25,552 bases of DNA from Armatimonadota bacterium. Its GTDB lineage: Bacteria; Armatimonadota; UBA5829; DTJY01. Numbering within the stretch: the stretch's first letter is position 1; each line of letters opens with the position of its first letter. The translations under genes and the position numbers were made by a program. The stretch covers positions 1-25,552 of the forward strand of contig DASRZD010000382.1 of the NCBI GenBank assembly GCA_035686805.1. The letters are read 5' to 3'. Of this stretch, positions 1 to 7,810 are shown piece by piece. The notes under the pieces were generated by a model that made no database searches, was not told where the DNA came from, and worked only from the letters and a program-made list of their open reading frames with translations.

Positions 1-1028
1 AGGGTGAGGTCGTTCGTCGCCAGGAACGTGAGGCCCAGATTGGTATTCTGAACCTTGATCTTCGCGTGGAGAGGCGTCCCGGCATCGAGGTAGGTCGCGC
101 CGGGGTTCGCGGGAATCTTGGAGGCCAGGTTCTTGCGCTCCTTGTTGGAGTACGTGCCGGTGAAGAACAGTTGGTCACCGAGCTTGCTTCTGGCTTTCAG
201 AGAATTGTTCGTTGTCTTGCTATTGAACTGGGTGAGGGCATTCAGGGGGAACACCGTACCCAGCACGCCGCCGGGACGATTGCCATTGTTGGTGAACTCG
301 GCATCTATGAACCGGTAGTTCAGGACGGAGAGTTTCCCGAGGCGGAGATCCGCCCCCAGCGTGGCCTGGTCCGTGCTTCGGTCAATGGGGGTTTCCGCCC
401 CGCCTCTCTGGCGGTTGGCTATGACGCCGGGAGCAGCCGCCCGCGCCCTGAAGAGCAATTGACGGCTGCCGCTTTCCAACTCCTGCCACCAGGAGGCGAC
501 ATATCGCCGGCCCTGATTCCCCTGAGGCGTGATGCCGAGATCGAAAGTATTCACTCGCCGGTTCAGGCGGAAGCTGATGCCCGGGCTGAGATCGAGTATG
601 GCGTCGCCGGTATCCCCCGGAACAGGCGCGGGCAGGCCCAAACTGGCATACATCTCGGCGATGAACGGGTTGATCGAGGGAGTACGGAAGAGCCGATGAG
701 TAAGCTTGGAAGTGCCGAGACTGATTCCCACGCTATTTCGGGAGGCGAGGGAGAAGTTGAAGTCCTCGTCTCCCAGGATCAGGTCTCGTGCATCGAGCCA
801 ATACTGAGTGGGGCCGCTGAACCCATAGGACTGCAGCCGCTCAATCCCGAAACTATCGAAATTCCTGCCGTCGTACTCCCGGGCCCAGTCCTCGTTGCCG
901 TCGGAGGTATGGGTATAGATGCCCAGCCGGATATCCGAAAACCCCTGTTCGCCGCTTGTGAGGCTCGCCTGCGCGAATACGGCGGAGGACGCCAGGACCA
1001 TTGCAAGTATGAACAACGCCTTCTTCAT
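1..1028 (-). CDS. Outer-membrane beta-barrel protein, 3' end cut by the window edge (342 codons visible). Candidate MtrB/PioB-like porin partner of the upstream decaheme cytochrome.
   Basis: Minus-strand ATG at 1026-1028 with RBS AGGAGAG (revcomp of 1031-1040) that overlaps the cytochrome stop codon. The N-terminus MKKALFILAMVLASSAVFAQA is a classic Sec signal peptide. The remainder alternates aromatic and hydrophilic residues (YxFxGxxQYW...), typical of beta-strands. The reading frame stays open to position 1. It is absent from the supplied ORF track because it is incomplete. The fine family assignment (MtrB/PioB) is inference from gene context only. Confidence 0.7.
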   Translation of the reverse strand, partial: MKKALFILAMVLASSAVFAQASLTSGEQGFSDIRLGIYTHTSDGNEDWAREYDGRNFDSFGIERLQSYGFSGPTQYWLDARDLILGDEDFNFSLASRNSVGISLGTSKLTHRLFRTPSINPFIAEMYASLGLPAPVPGDTGDAILDLSPGISFRLNRRVNTFDLGITPQGNQGRRYVASWWQELESGSRQLLFRARAAAPGVIANRQRGGAETPIDRSTDQATLGADLRLGKLSVLNYRFIDAEFTNNGNRPGGVLGTVFPLNALTQFNSKTTNNSLKARSKLGDQLFFTGTYSNKERKNLASKIPANPGATYLDAGTPLHAKIKVQNTNLGLTFLATNDLT

Positions 1029-1038
1029 TATCTCTCTC

Positions 1039-2106
1039 CTAGAAGTGCAGGGCAGAGTGCTCATCAGAGCCGTGAACCTGCGAGTGACAATCAGTGCACT
1101 CGGTGTAGTAATTGGGAATCTGCGATGGATCGCCAAAGGTGCCGCTGCGGCTGTGAGGCCCCGAGTGGCACTTCATGCACAGGAACGGCTGGTTTTGGAC
1201 AAGCAGGTTATTCTGAACAGAGCCATGAGGATTGTGGCAGATAGTGCAATCCTCAGTCACGGGCGGATGCTCGAATGTGAACGGCCCGATCTTATCCGCA
1301 TGGCATCGGAAGCATGTCTCAGGCACGGATTCCTGTCTGAGCAGTCCATTCGGCCCGCCGTGCGGATTATGGCAACTGCTGCAAGTGACCTTCCCCTCCT
1401 GAAGCGGATGGTGGGAGGGCATCTTGCTCTGGACTTCCTTGTCTTTGTGGCAGTTGAAGCAGACATACGGCTCGGCGGTTCGGTCGAACTCGCTCTCCTC
1501 GCCCTTCAACTGCGCCTCGAGCGCTGATCTCTCTATTCTGAGCTCTTGAACGCGTTCGCTTGCGGCAGCCTTCTCGGCACTGCCTTTCTCGGCTATGGCG
1601 GCTTCCAGCTCCGTCTGCTTGATGGCGCGGCCGAGTCCCTCCACCTTTTGCTTGCCGTTGTCAATATCAGTGAGCTTGGACTTCTCTCCAACGGCGTGAA
1701 CGTCATGGCAGTTCATGCAGGTGAGCTTTGCCCTCGCGTGGGCGCTGGTGTGCCAGAGCGTCGTCTCTTCTTGAGTATGGCATTTCTGGCAGATCTCGGC
1801 GGATTCGTTAGGCTTGAGGCGGATCAGTCGGATGATCTTGGTGGGATCACCACCGCCCGCCACGTGATCTTCACCCGGACCATGGCAGGCTTCGCAGCCC
1901 TTCTTGGACGGGTCGGTGTTGAAAAGTGTCTGACGGTGAGTGGTGAATTGCCATGTCTTGAAGACATCGGCATGACAGGTGGCGCATACTTCGGTGCCGA
2001 CGTACTCGGGACCTTCCTGCGCGGTTAGCCGAACCTGCGAGTAGCACACCCACAGCAACCCCAATACGACCGGCAAGAGGTAGTACAAGGTTTTGCGATT
2101 CCTCAA
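1039..2106 (-). CDS. Decaheme c-type cytochrome (MtrA/DmsE/PioA-like periplasmic multiheme cytochrome)
   Basis: Ten CxxCH motifs are counted in the translation: CATCH, CEACH, CQKCH, CMNCH, CFNCH, CSSCH, CFRCH, CTICH, CMKCH, CTDCH. An N-terminal signal/anchor MRNRKTLYYLLPVVLGLLWVCYSQ is present. I place the start at TTG 2104-2106, which is preceded by GAGGAGG (revcomp of 2113-2119) with a 5-nt spacer. The longer track ORF begins at TTG 2187, which has no RBS. Stop is TAG at 1039-1041. Confidence 0.9.
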   Translation of the reverse strand: MRNRKTLYYLLPVVLGLLWVCYSQVRLTAQEGPEYVGTEVCATCHADVFKTWQFTTHRQTLFNTDPSKKGCEACHGPGEDHVAGGGDPTKIIRLIRLKPNESAEICQKCHTQEETTLWHTSAHARAKLTCMNCHDVHAVGEKSKLTDIDNGKQKVEGLGRAIKQTELEAAIAEKGSAEKAAASERVQELRIERSALEAQLKGEESEFDRTAEPYVCFNCHKDKEVQSKMPSHHPLQEGKVTCSSCHNPHGGPNGLLRQESVPETCFRCHADKIGPFTFEHPPVTEDCTICHNPHGSVQNNLLVQNQPFLCMKCHSGPHSRSGTFGDPSQIPNYYTECTDCHSQVHGSDEHSALHF

Positions 2107-2206
2107 GACTGCCTCCTCATTCCACCAAAGGCTTGGCTTGTTGGTATTCTGCCCAAAAACCGCCTTAAAGAAACCACTGGCGGCCAAGCTCTTCAGCCAA
2201 TAGAGC

Positions 2207-2228
2207 TATTGTGCCAGATTACACAATA
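2207..2228. promoter_or_regulatory. CRP/FNR-family-like palindrome TATTGTG-N8-CACAATA upstream of the cytochrome operon
   Basis: Perfect 7-bp inverted arms at 2207-2213 and 2222-2228 flank an 8-bp centre. The core TGTG-N8-CACA has the same geometry as the CRP site TGTGA-N6-TCACA. It lies 2 nt downstream of a TTGACA hexamer on the minus strand. Confidence 0.35.
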
Positions 2229-2236
2229 TTTGTCAA
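2208..2236 (-). promoter_or_regulatory. Candidate sigma70-type promoter TTGACA-N17-CACAAT for the cytochrome/porin operon
   Basis: The minus-strand -35 hexamer TTGACA is the revcomp of 2231-2236. A 17-nt spacer separates it from the -10 hexamer CACAAT (revcomp of 2208-2213). This predicts a leader of about 95 nt to the TTG start at 2106. The -10 hexamer is the downstream (right, in minus-strand orientation) arm of the palindrome above. Confidence 0.35.
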
Positions 2237-2413
2237 GGGGTTTTTAGACTTTTTGGCAATCGCAAGGTGAAACAGGGCTAACCAAGGAACTCAATGGGCT
2301 TGGGATCCCCCATGTATGCGAGGGCGGCGCAGTAGTCAATGCCCAAGTCATGAATGCACAAATGATCGTCTGATGTGTGGGCCATTTGTCTACAACTGGT
2401 GGAAGCAGGGCAA

Positions 2414-2453
2414 GCCCTGCAGGCTACGCAGTCAGTCTACCAGCCTGCAGGGC
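2414..2453 (-). terminator. 12-bp perfect GC-rich inverted repeat (GCCCTGCAGGCT / AGCCTGCAGGGC, 16-nt loop) 3' of the TolB-like gene. Possible terminator or insulator between the TolB-like and cytochrome transcription units.
   Basis: Arms at 2414-2425 and 2442-2453 are perfectly complementary. The element lies 32 nt after the TGA stop (2485-2487) of the upstream minus-strand gene. The downstream tract on the minus strand is UUGCCCUGCUUCC, pyrimidine-rich but not a clean U-run, so intrinsic-terminator status is uncertain. Confidence 0.35.
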
Positions 2454-2484
2454 AAGATGTCAATCTTTGTTCCGGCTAGACGCG

Positions 2485-3372
2485 TCAATCCCGCCAGAAG
2501 CCGTCGTACGCCGGGTTGTTCGTTAGGTTCCCCTGATCCGTCCCATCAGCATTCATGGTATAGACGTCCCAGTTTCCAGCGGTATTGCAGCCGAAGGCTA
2601 TCTTTGTCCCATCAGCACTGTAGAAGGGACAGTCGTGATTCGGCCCGGTGGAAGTCAGTGGGCTTGGGTTGCTGCCGTCTGTCTCCATGACGTAAACCTG
2701 GATACCAGGGCCTCGATTGCTGACGAACACAATCTTCGTTCCGTCGGGGCTGAAAGCGGGACCATTGTCATACGCTGCATCGTTGGTGAGATTGACCTGA
2801 GCACTGCCGTCAACGTTCATTAGGAAGACTTCCGTATCTCCGCCGCCCATGTCTCTGCCAAAGACAATCTTGGACCCGTCCGGACTGAAGTTCGGCCAGA
2901 AGTCGTCGGCCGCATTATTGGTTAGACGGGTCTGACTGCCGCCATCGGCGTCCATGATGTAGATCTCCGCATTGCCGTCGCGTAAGCTGTAGAAGGCAAT
3001 CTTGGTCCCATCGGGGCTGAAGGCAGGACAGTAGTCGCCAGCCGGATCGGTCGTAAGCTGGGTAGCGCCTGTTCCGTCGGCATTCATCACCCAGATATCC
3101 ATGTTGCCGCTGGTGTCGCTTATATAGACGATCTGCGAACCATCTGCGCTCAGTTTCGGGGAATCATTATTCGCCGAGTCATTCGTTAGCCTAGTCACGG
3201 CGCTGCCGTCCCAGTTCATTGTGTATATCTCGCCATTCGCATTATCACGGGCGGAGACGAAAGTAATCAAGCCGGCAGTGTCTCCACCACCTCCGCCTCC
3301 ACAGCCGGCGATGATCGCCACGAGTGCAATACAGACCAGCAAGGCAAGTACGTACCGCAAGTGCGCAAACAT
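2485..3372 (-). CDS. TolB-like PD40 (WD40-like) beta-propeller lipoprotein, paralog 1
   Basis: ATG at 3370-3372 with RBS AAGGAGAAA 4 nt upstream. The signal peptide ends in a lipobox, IIAGC, followed by a Gly6 linker. The body has repeated PD40 motifs ([34 protein letters not shown]) separated by DG(S/T) bridging segments. Confidence 0.85.
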   Translation of the reverse strand: MFAHLRYVLALLVCIALVAIIAGCGGGGGGDTAGLITFVSARDNANGEIYTMNWDGSAVTRLTNDSANNDSPKLSADGSQIVYISDTSGNMDIWVMNADGTGATQLTTDPAGDYCPAFSPDGTKIAFYSLRDGNAEIYIMDADGGSQTRLTNNAADDFWPNFSPDGSKIVFGRDMGGGDTEVFLMNVDGSAQVNLTNDAAYDNGPAFSPDGTKIVFVSNRGPGIQVYVMETDGSNPSPLTSTGPNHDCPFYSADGTKIAFGCNTAGNWDVYTMNADGTDQGNLTNNPAYDGFWRD

Positions 3373-3401
3373 AACGTTTCTCCTTGAAATGGAAATGAAA
3401 A

Positions 3402-4289
3402 CTACTCGAAAATGAGGCCATCAAGTCCCGGGGCAGGGGTGAGATTTGTCTGGCCTGTTCCATCGGCGTTCATTACGTAGACATCCAGATTGTCAATGTC
3501 AGCCGCCCGCTCATAAGCTATCTTCGTCCCATCCCTGCTGAATATCCCGCCGCCCCAATGGCTGACAGCCGTCGTGTTAGTGAGCTGGGTGGGATTTGAG
3601 CCATCGGGATCCATGGAAAACAACTCGAAATTTCCATCTCGATCGCTGTTGAAAACAATCTTCGAGCCATCCGGGCTGAACCGGGGGATGAAATCCTCGC
3701 CTGCATGGTTTGTAAGGTTGGTTTGGTTGCTGCCATCGGAGTCCATGATGTAGATCTCGGCGTTCCCATCTCGGTTACTCATGAACGCAATGGAACCGTC
3801 GGGGCTGAAGCATGGGTACCAGTCGCGAGACGGGTCATCTGAGAGGTTAATCTGATCACTACCGTCTACATCCATAACGAAGATGTCCGAATTTCCGCTT
3901 CGATTGGACACAAAAACAATTCGAGTGCCGTTGGCGCTAATAGCAGGGCCGTAGTCGTTCGATGGATTGTTGGTCAGTTGGACTGCTCCCGTGCCATTTG
4001 GTCTCATCGTCCATATATCCCAATTCCCTCCAGCCTGTCTGCAGAAGACAATCTTAGAACCATCAGCACTAAGCGTGGGACAGTCGTCAAGATTAGTATT
4101 CGTCGTCAATCTGGTCTGACTGCTACCATCCCAGTTCATGATATAGATCTCCGAGTCCCCGTCACGATCCGAAACAAAGGGAATCATGTCCGGGTTGCTT
4201 CCTCCTCCGCCGCCTCCACAACCAGCCAGGACGCAAACGAGTGACAGGTAGGCTATCAAGGCAAGTACGTACCGCTGATGCGCAAACAT
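3402..4289 (-). CDS. TolB-like PD40 beta-propeller lipoprotein, paralog 2
   Basis: I place the start at the internal ATG 4287-4289, preceded by the strong RBS AAGGAGGA (revcomp of 4294-4301). This gives [24 protein letters not shown], a lipobox, then a Gly6 linker, as in paralog 1. The track ORF extends 26 codons further, to 4367, with no RBS. PD40 repeats include [10 protein letters not shown] and [12 protein letters not shown]. Confidence 0.85.
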   Translation of the reverse strand: MFAHQRYVLALIAYLSLVCVLAGCGGGGGGSNPDMIPFVSDRDGDSEIYIMNWDGSSQTRLTTNTNLDDCPTLSADGSKIVFCRQAGGNWDIWTMRPNGTGAVQLTNNPSNDYGPAISANGTRIVFVSNRSGNSDIFVMDVDGSDQINLSDDPSRDWYPCFSPDGSIAFMSNRDGNAEIYIMDSDGSNQTNLTNHAGEDFIPRFSPDGSKIVFNSDRDGNFELFSMDPDGSNPTQLTNTTAVSHWGGGIFSRDGTKIAYERAADIDNLDVYVMNADGTGQTNLTPAPGLDGLIFE

Positions 4290-4387
4290 AGTGATCCTCC
4301 TTTGGAATAACTCCTGCCAATCTCGGTAATTCGACGCCCGCTGGGATATTCCTGCGGACGAGATCAAGACCGCCGGGGGCAGGCTCG

Positions 4388-6922
4388 TCAGGCTGCTTTG
4401 TTCATGGAGAGGCGGGTGAGGGCCTTCCGGATGTCTATGCCGGGGCCGAGGACGGGCTTGAAGAGATCGCCGGCTTTCTCAAGGCGCTTGCCGATGGTGC
4501 GGATGGTGAACCTGGAGGGACTGAGGCCCGGCTTGATCTCATCCCATTCCAGCGGGGTGGAGACGGTCGCTCTCGGCCTGGGGCGGATGCAGTATACGGC
4601 GGCGAGGGTCTGCCCGCGGGCGTTCTGTAGGAAGTCCACGTAGACCTTGTTCCCTCGCTTGGCGGTCATGCGCTCGACTGTGGCGATATCAGGGACCTTG
4701 CTGCAGGTGAGATGGGCCAGGATACGGCCGAACTCCCGCGTCTGCCCATAGGTATACTTCGCGCCGAGCGGGATGTAGACATGGAGGCCGGTCGCGCCGG
4801 AAGTCTTCGGATAGCCCTCGATCCCCGCCTCGTCGAGCACTTCTCGAACCGCCTGAGCGACCCGAATCACTGCGTCGAAGCCGATATCCCCGGGGTCGAG
4901 GTCGATGAGCAGGTAGTCGGGGTTGTCCAGCGACCCGACTCGCGAGTTCCAGGGATTGAGCTCGATGCAGCCCCAATTCGCCAGGTAGACGAGGGCCGCC
5001 TCGTCCTGACAAAGGAGGTAGTTAATATATTCGTCCTCTGTCTCTGACTTCACCTTGACGGTCTCTATCCAATCGGGAATCTGATCCTCGCGGATGTTCT
5101 TCTGGTAGAAGCTCTCGCCGTAGATGCCGTCCGGGAAGCGATTCAGTGACTCAGGGCGGTCCCTCAGGTAAGGAAGGATGAAACCGGCGATGTCGCGATA
5201 GTAGTTGATGACGTCGCCCTTCGTGTAACGCTCTTCCGGCCAGAAGACTTTGTCCAGGTTCGTGAGCTTGAGGGCATGGCCGCCAATGGTTTCTTGAGGG
5301 TCTGACCGGTCGGACGTGTCAGAGGAGTCGGACTGGAGGGGTTGGGGCTTCTCAAGGCGCACGTCGTCCGCGCGCTTGTCTTCCCGGAGGCCGAGGATCA
5401 CCGGATGGCGAATCAGGCCATCCTCGGTCCAGCCGGTGAACTTCACCTCGACCACCAACTTCGGCTCGACCCAATGCGCAGGCTCATTGGTCTTTGGCGT
5501 CTCCTTGAAGGGCGAGGTCTTGCGCTCCAGGGGCTTGAGCTTGGACATGAAGTAGGCGAGGCCCTTCTCATCGAGGCCCGTGCCCGCGTGACCTGTGTAG
5601 ACCAGTTGATCGCCCTCGAAGACCCCAAGAACGAGCGCCCCGAAGTACTGCCGGCCGCCGCGGGGCTCGGTCCAGCCGCCGATGACCATCTCCTGCCGAA
5701 GTGAGACCCTCATCTTCAGCCAGTCACGACCGCGAATGCCGGGCCGATAAGGACTGTCCGCCTTCTTGGCGACAACCCCCTCCAGCCTGCGTTCCAATGC
5801 CTGCCGGAAGAGCGCAGTCCCCTGCTCCTCGATGTAGTCGCTGTACTTGATGTAGGTCAGGTTCGGCGGGAGGACCTTCGTTAGAATCTCCTTACGCCTG
5901 GTGAGCGGAAGGCCCATCAGATCATGGCCCTCGAGCCAGAGGATGTCGAACACGTAGTACACCAGGCGGCCCTGGCGGTTGCGGAGATACTTCTGCAAGA
6001 GCTGGAACTGGGAGACGCCGGTCTCGTCCACGACGACTATCTCGCCGTCGAGGACGGCCTCGACCCCGATCTGGGGCAACTCCTCGACAATGGCAGGGAA
6101 TCGCTCGTTGAAGGAGAGGAGATTGCGCGAGTAGAGCCTTACTGACCCGCGACCGACTTCGGCGATCCCGCGATAGCCGTCCCACTTGATCTCGAAGATC
6201 CAGTTTTTGCGATCGAATGCTTCATCCACCAACGTGGCGAGCATGGGTCGGACTCTATGCGGCATGAGGGCTTCGGGGGCGTCACTGAGATCAATGCCTT
6301 CGAGCTTGTCGGAAGATGATGCCCAGACCTCCCCGGCCTTAGAGGCTTGCTCTTTGATCTCCCCCATGCTCCTGCCCGTTTCCGCCGAGTGGTCTTGCTT
6401 CGTCACGTCCTCGTCGGAGGCGAACTCGTCGTTGGCCTTGATAAGGAGCCAGGCGTTCTGGTCATCGGATTTCCTGATCCTGGCGAGGGCGAATCGGCCC
6501 TTGAGCTTCTCGCCGTTGAGGATGAAGCTGAGATGCCCTTTCTCGAGTTCCTCGGCGAAGATACTCTCGTTGTCCTCGCGGTCGCACGTCTCCTTCGAGC
6601 AGTAAGTCCCCTTGTCCCAGATCATGACCGTTCCTGCGCCGTAGTTGCCCTCGGGGATGATCCCCTCGAAGTTCATGTAATCGAGCGGATGGTCCTCCAC
6701 CATCTGGGCAAGGTGCTTCTCGCCGGGCTTGAGGGACGGCCCTTTCGGGATGGCCCAGCTCTTCAGGACGCCGCCGAGCTCGAGCCGGAGGTCGTAGTGA
6801 AGATGTGAGGCCTGGTGCTTCTGGACGACAAATTCCAGCGGCCCCGCCGATTGCTTCACTTCTCCTTTCGGTTCGGGGGATCGCTCGAAATCCCGCTTCT
6901 CCTTGTATTCCTTCAGCGCCAT
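4388..6922 (-). CDS. ligD: ATP-dependent DNA ligase D (NHEJ), domain order phosphoesterase-ligase-polymerase
   Basis: The N-terminal 3'-phosphoesterase domain carries [17 protein letters not shown]...WAIPKGPS...YGAG. The central adenylation motif KxDG is present as EIKWDGYR. The C-terminal LigD primase-polymerase domain carries [14 protein letters not shown]. Length is 844 aa. Confidence 0.95.
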   Translation of the reverse strand: MALKEYKEKRDFERSPEPKGEVKQSAGPLEFVVQKHQASHLHYDLRLELGGVLKSWAIPKGPSLKPGEKHLAQMVEDHPLDYMNFEGIIPEGNYGAGTVMIWDKGTYCSKETCDREDNESIFAEELEKGHLSFILNGEKLKGRFALARIRKSDDQNAWLLIKANDEFASDEDVTKQDHSAETGRSMGEIKEQASKAGEVWASSSDKLEGIDLSDAPEALMPHRVRPMLATLVDEAFDRKNWIFEIKWDGYRGIAEVGRGSVRLYSRNLLSFNERFPAIVEELPQIGVEAVLDGEIVVVDETGVSQFQLLQKYLRNRQGRLVYYVFDILWLEGHDLMGLPLTRRKEILTKVLPPNLTYIKYSDYIEEQGTALFRQALERRLEGVVAKKADSPYRPGIRGRDWLKMRVSLRQEMVIGGWTEPRGGRQYFGALVLGVFEGDQLVYTGHAGTGLDEKGLAYFMSKLKPLERKTSPFKETPKTNEPAHWVEPKLVVEVKFTGWTEDGLIRHPVILGLREDKRADDVRLEKPQPLQSDSSDTSDRSDPQETIGGHALKLTNLDKVFWPEERYTKGDVINYYRDIAGFILPYLRDRPESLNRFPDGIYGESFYQKNIREDQIPDWIETVKVKSETEDEYINYLLCQDEAALVYLANWGCIELNPWNSRVGSLDNPDYLLIDLDPGDIGFDAVIRVAQAVREVLDEAGIEGYPKTSGATGLHVYIPLGAKYTYGQTREFGRILAHLTCSKVPDIATVERMTAKRGNKVYVDFLQNARGQTLAAVYCIRPRPRATVSTPLEWDEIKPGLSPSRFTIRTIGKRLEKAGDLFKPVLGPGIDIRKALTRLSMNKAA

Positions 6923-7705
6923 CTATGCGGCCTTCTCCTTTGTCTGCTCGAGGCTCTTCTTGAGGACATCCATCAGATTGATGACCTCGGTCGGCTTCGG
7001 CTCTTCACCCTTCGGTGCGGGAACCCTGCCTTGCGCCTTCTCCTCGATTATGCGCCGAAGCTCCTCAGTATAAGTATCGTGGTATTTCTCCGGCTGCCAC
7101 TTATCGGTAAGCTGATTGACAAGCGCCAAGGCGAGGTCCAATTCCCGCTTGTCTATGTCCACAGCCTCAGGCAGCTTGAGACCCTCAGGACTCCGAATCT
7201 CGCTTGCGTACCGTAGTTGGTCGAGCATCAGCACATCGCCTGATGGCCGGATTGCGGCAATGTGCTCTCGATTCCTGAGGACAAAACTGGCTATCCCGAC
7301 CATGCCCGACTGCCTCAGCGCCTCCCTGAGCAGCGCATACGGCTTCGCCGCGCCCTTGTCCGGCTCGAGGAAATACGGCTTTTCGAAGAATATGTCATCA
7401 ATCTCCGTTTCCTTCACGAAATCCATAATCTGGATGGCGCGAGTTTTGGTGACATCCGCTTTTCGGAAGTCCTCGTTGGTCATGATGACGTACTCGCCGT
7501 CCGAGTATTCATAGCCCTTGACGAGTTCCTGGTACGGGACTTCCTCGCCCTCCAGCTTGCAGATCCTGGCAAAGCGGATCGGCGACTTGTCCTTCTCGTG
7601 AAGGAGATCGAATTCAAGTTTGGTTTCGCCGCCCGTGCCGCTGTACAGGCGAACGGGGATATTGACCAGGCCGAAACTGACGGCCCCAGACCACATCGCT
7701 CTCAT
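6923..7705 (-). CDS. ku: Ku protein (bacterial NHEJ DNA-end-binding)
   Basis: The N-terminus MRAMWSGAVSFGLVNIPVRLYSGT is the canonical bacterial Ku start. Length is 260 aa. The stop codon directly abuts the ligD start, with 0-nt gap. RBS GGAGGT lies 6 nt upstream of the ATG at 7703-7705. Confidence 0.95.
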   Translation of the reverse strand: MRAMWSGAVSFGLVNIPVRLYSGTGGETKLEFDLLHEKDKSPIRFARICKLEGEEVPYQELVKGYEYSDGEYVIMTNEDFRKADVTKTRAIQIMDFVKETEIDDIFFEKPYFLEPDKGAAKPYALLREALRQSGMVGIASFVLRNREHIAAIRPSGDVLMLDQLRYASEIRSPEGLKLPEAVDIDKRELDLALALVNQLTDKWQPEKYHDTYTEELRRIIEEKAQGRVPAPKGEEPKPTEVINLMDVLKKSLEQTKEKAA

Positions 7706-7710
7706 AGTGG

Positions 7711-7746
7711 TACCTCCATCAATAACGTTAATACCCGCTGGAGGTA
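7711..7746. promoter_or_regulatory. Inverted repeat TACCTCCA-N20-TGGAGGTA enclosing the palindrome TAACGTTA, in the ku/flotillin divergent intergenic region. One arm is the ku Shine-Dalgarno sequence.
   Basis: Arms at 7711-7718 and 7739-7746. The inner palindrome TAACGTTA is at 7723-7730. On the ku mRNA strand the upstream arm reads UACCUCCA, which is anti-SD-like and pairs with the SD UGGAGGUA. Confidence 0.4.
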
Positions 7747-7810
7747 AAAGCGCAACTTTTGGCGAAGATGGGTGTCAGTAGAGGTAGAATCCCGGTCTGG
7801 AGGAGAACCA

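Noticed and set aside
66-1244. 392-aa plus-strand ORF (GTG start) covering the left end of the window
   Set aside because: It is antisense to the signal-peptide-bearing OMP gene and has no RBS. Its translation is low-complexity and Gly/Arg/Pro-rich, typical of a spurious reverse-frame ORF in GC-rich coding DNA.
2316-2690. 124-aa plus-strand ORF starting in the cytochrome/PD40 intergenic spacer
   Set aside because: It has an Arg/Ser/Cys-rich low-complexity product. It overlaps the 3' end of the PD40 gene antisense and runs through the 12-bp inverted repeat. No RBS is present.
3300-4260. Repeated GGAGGCGGAGGTGGTGGAGA-like stretches considered as possible direct repeats or a CRISPR-like array
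   Set aside because: They are the coding sequence of the Gly6 linkers after the lipobox Cys in the two PD40 paralogs. Only two copies exist, in frame, and there is no spacer architecture.
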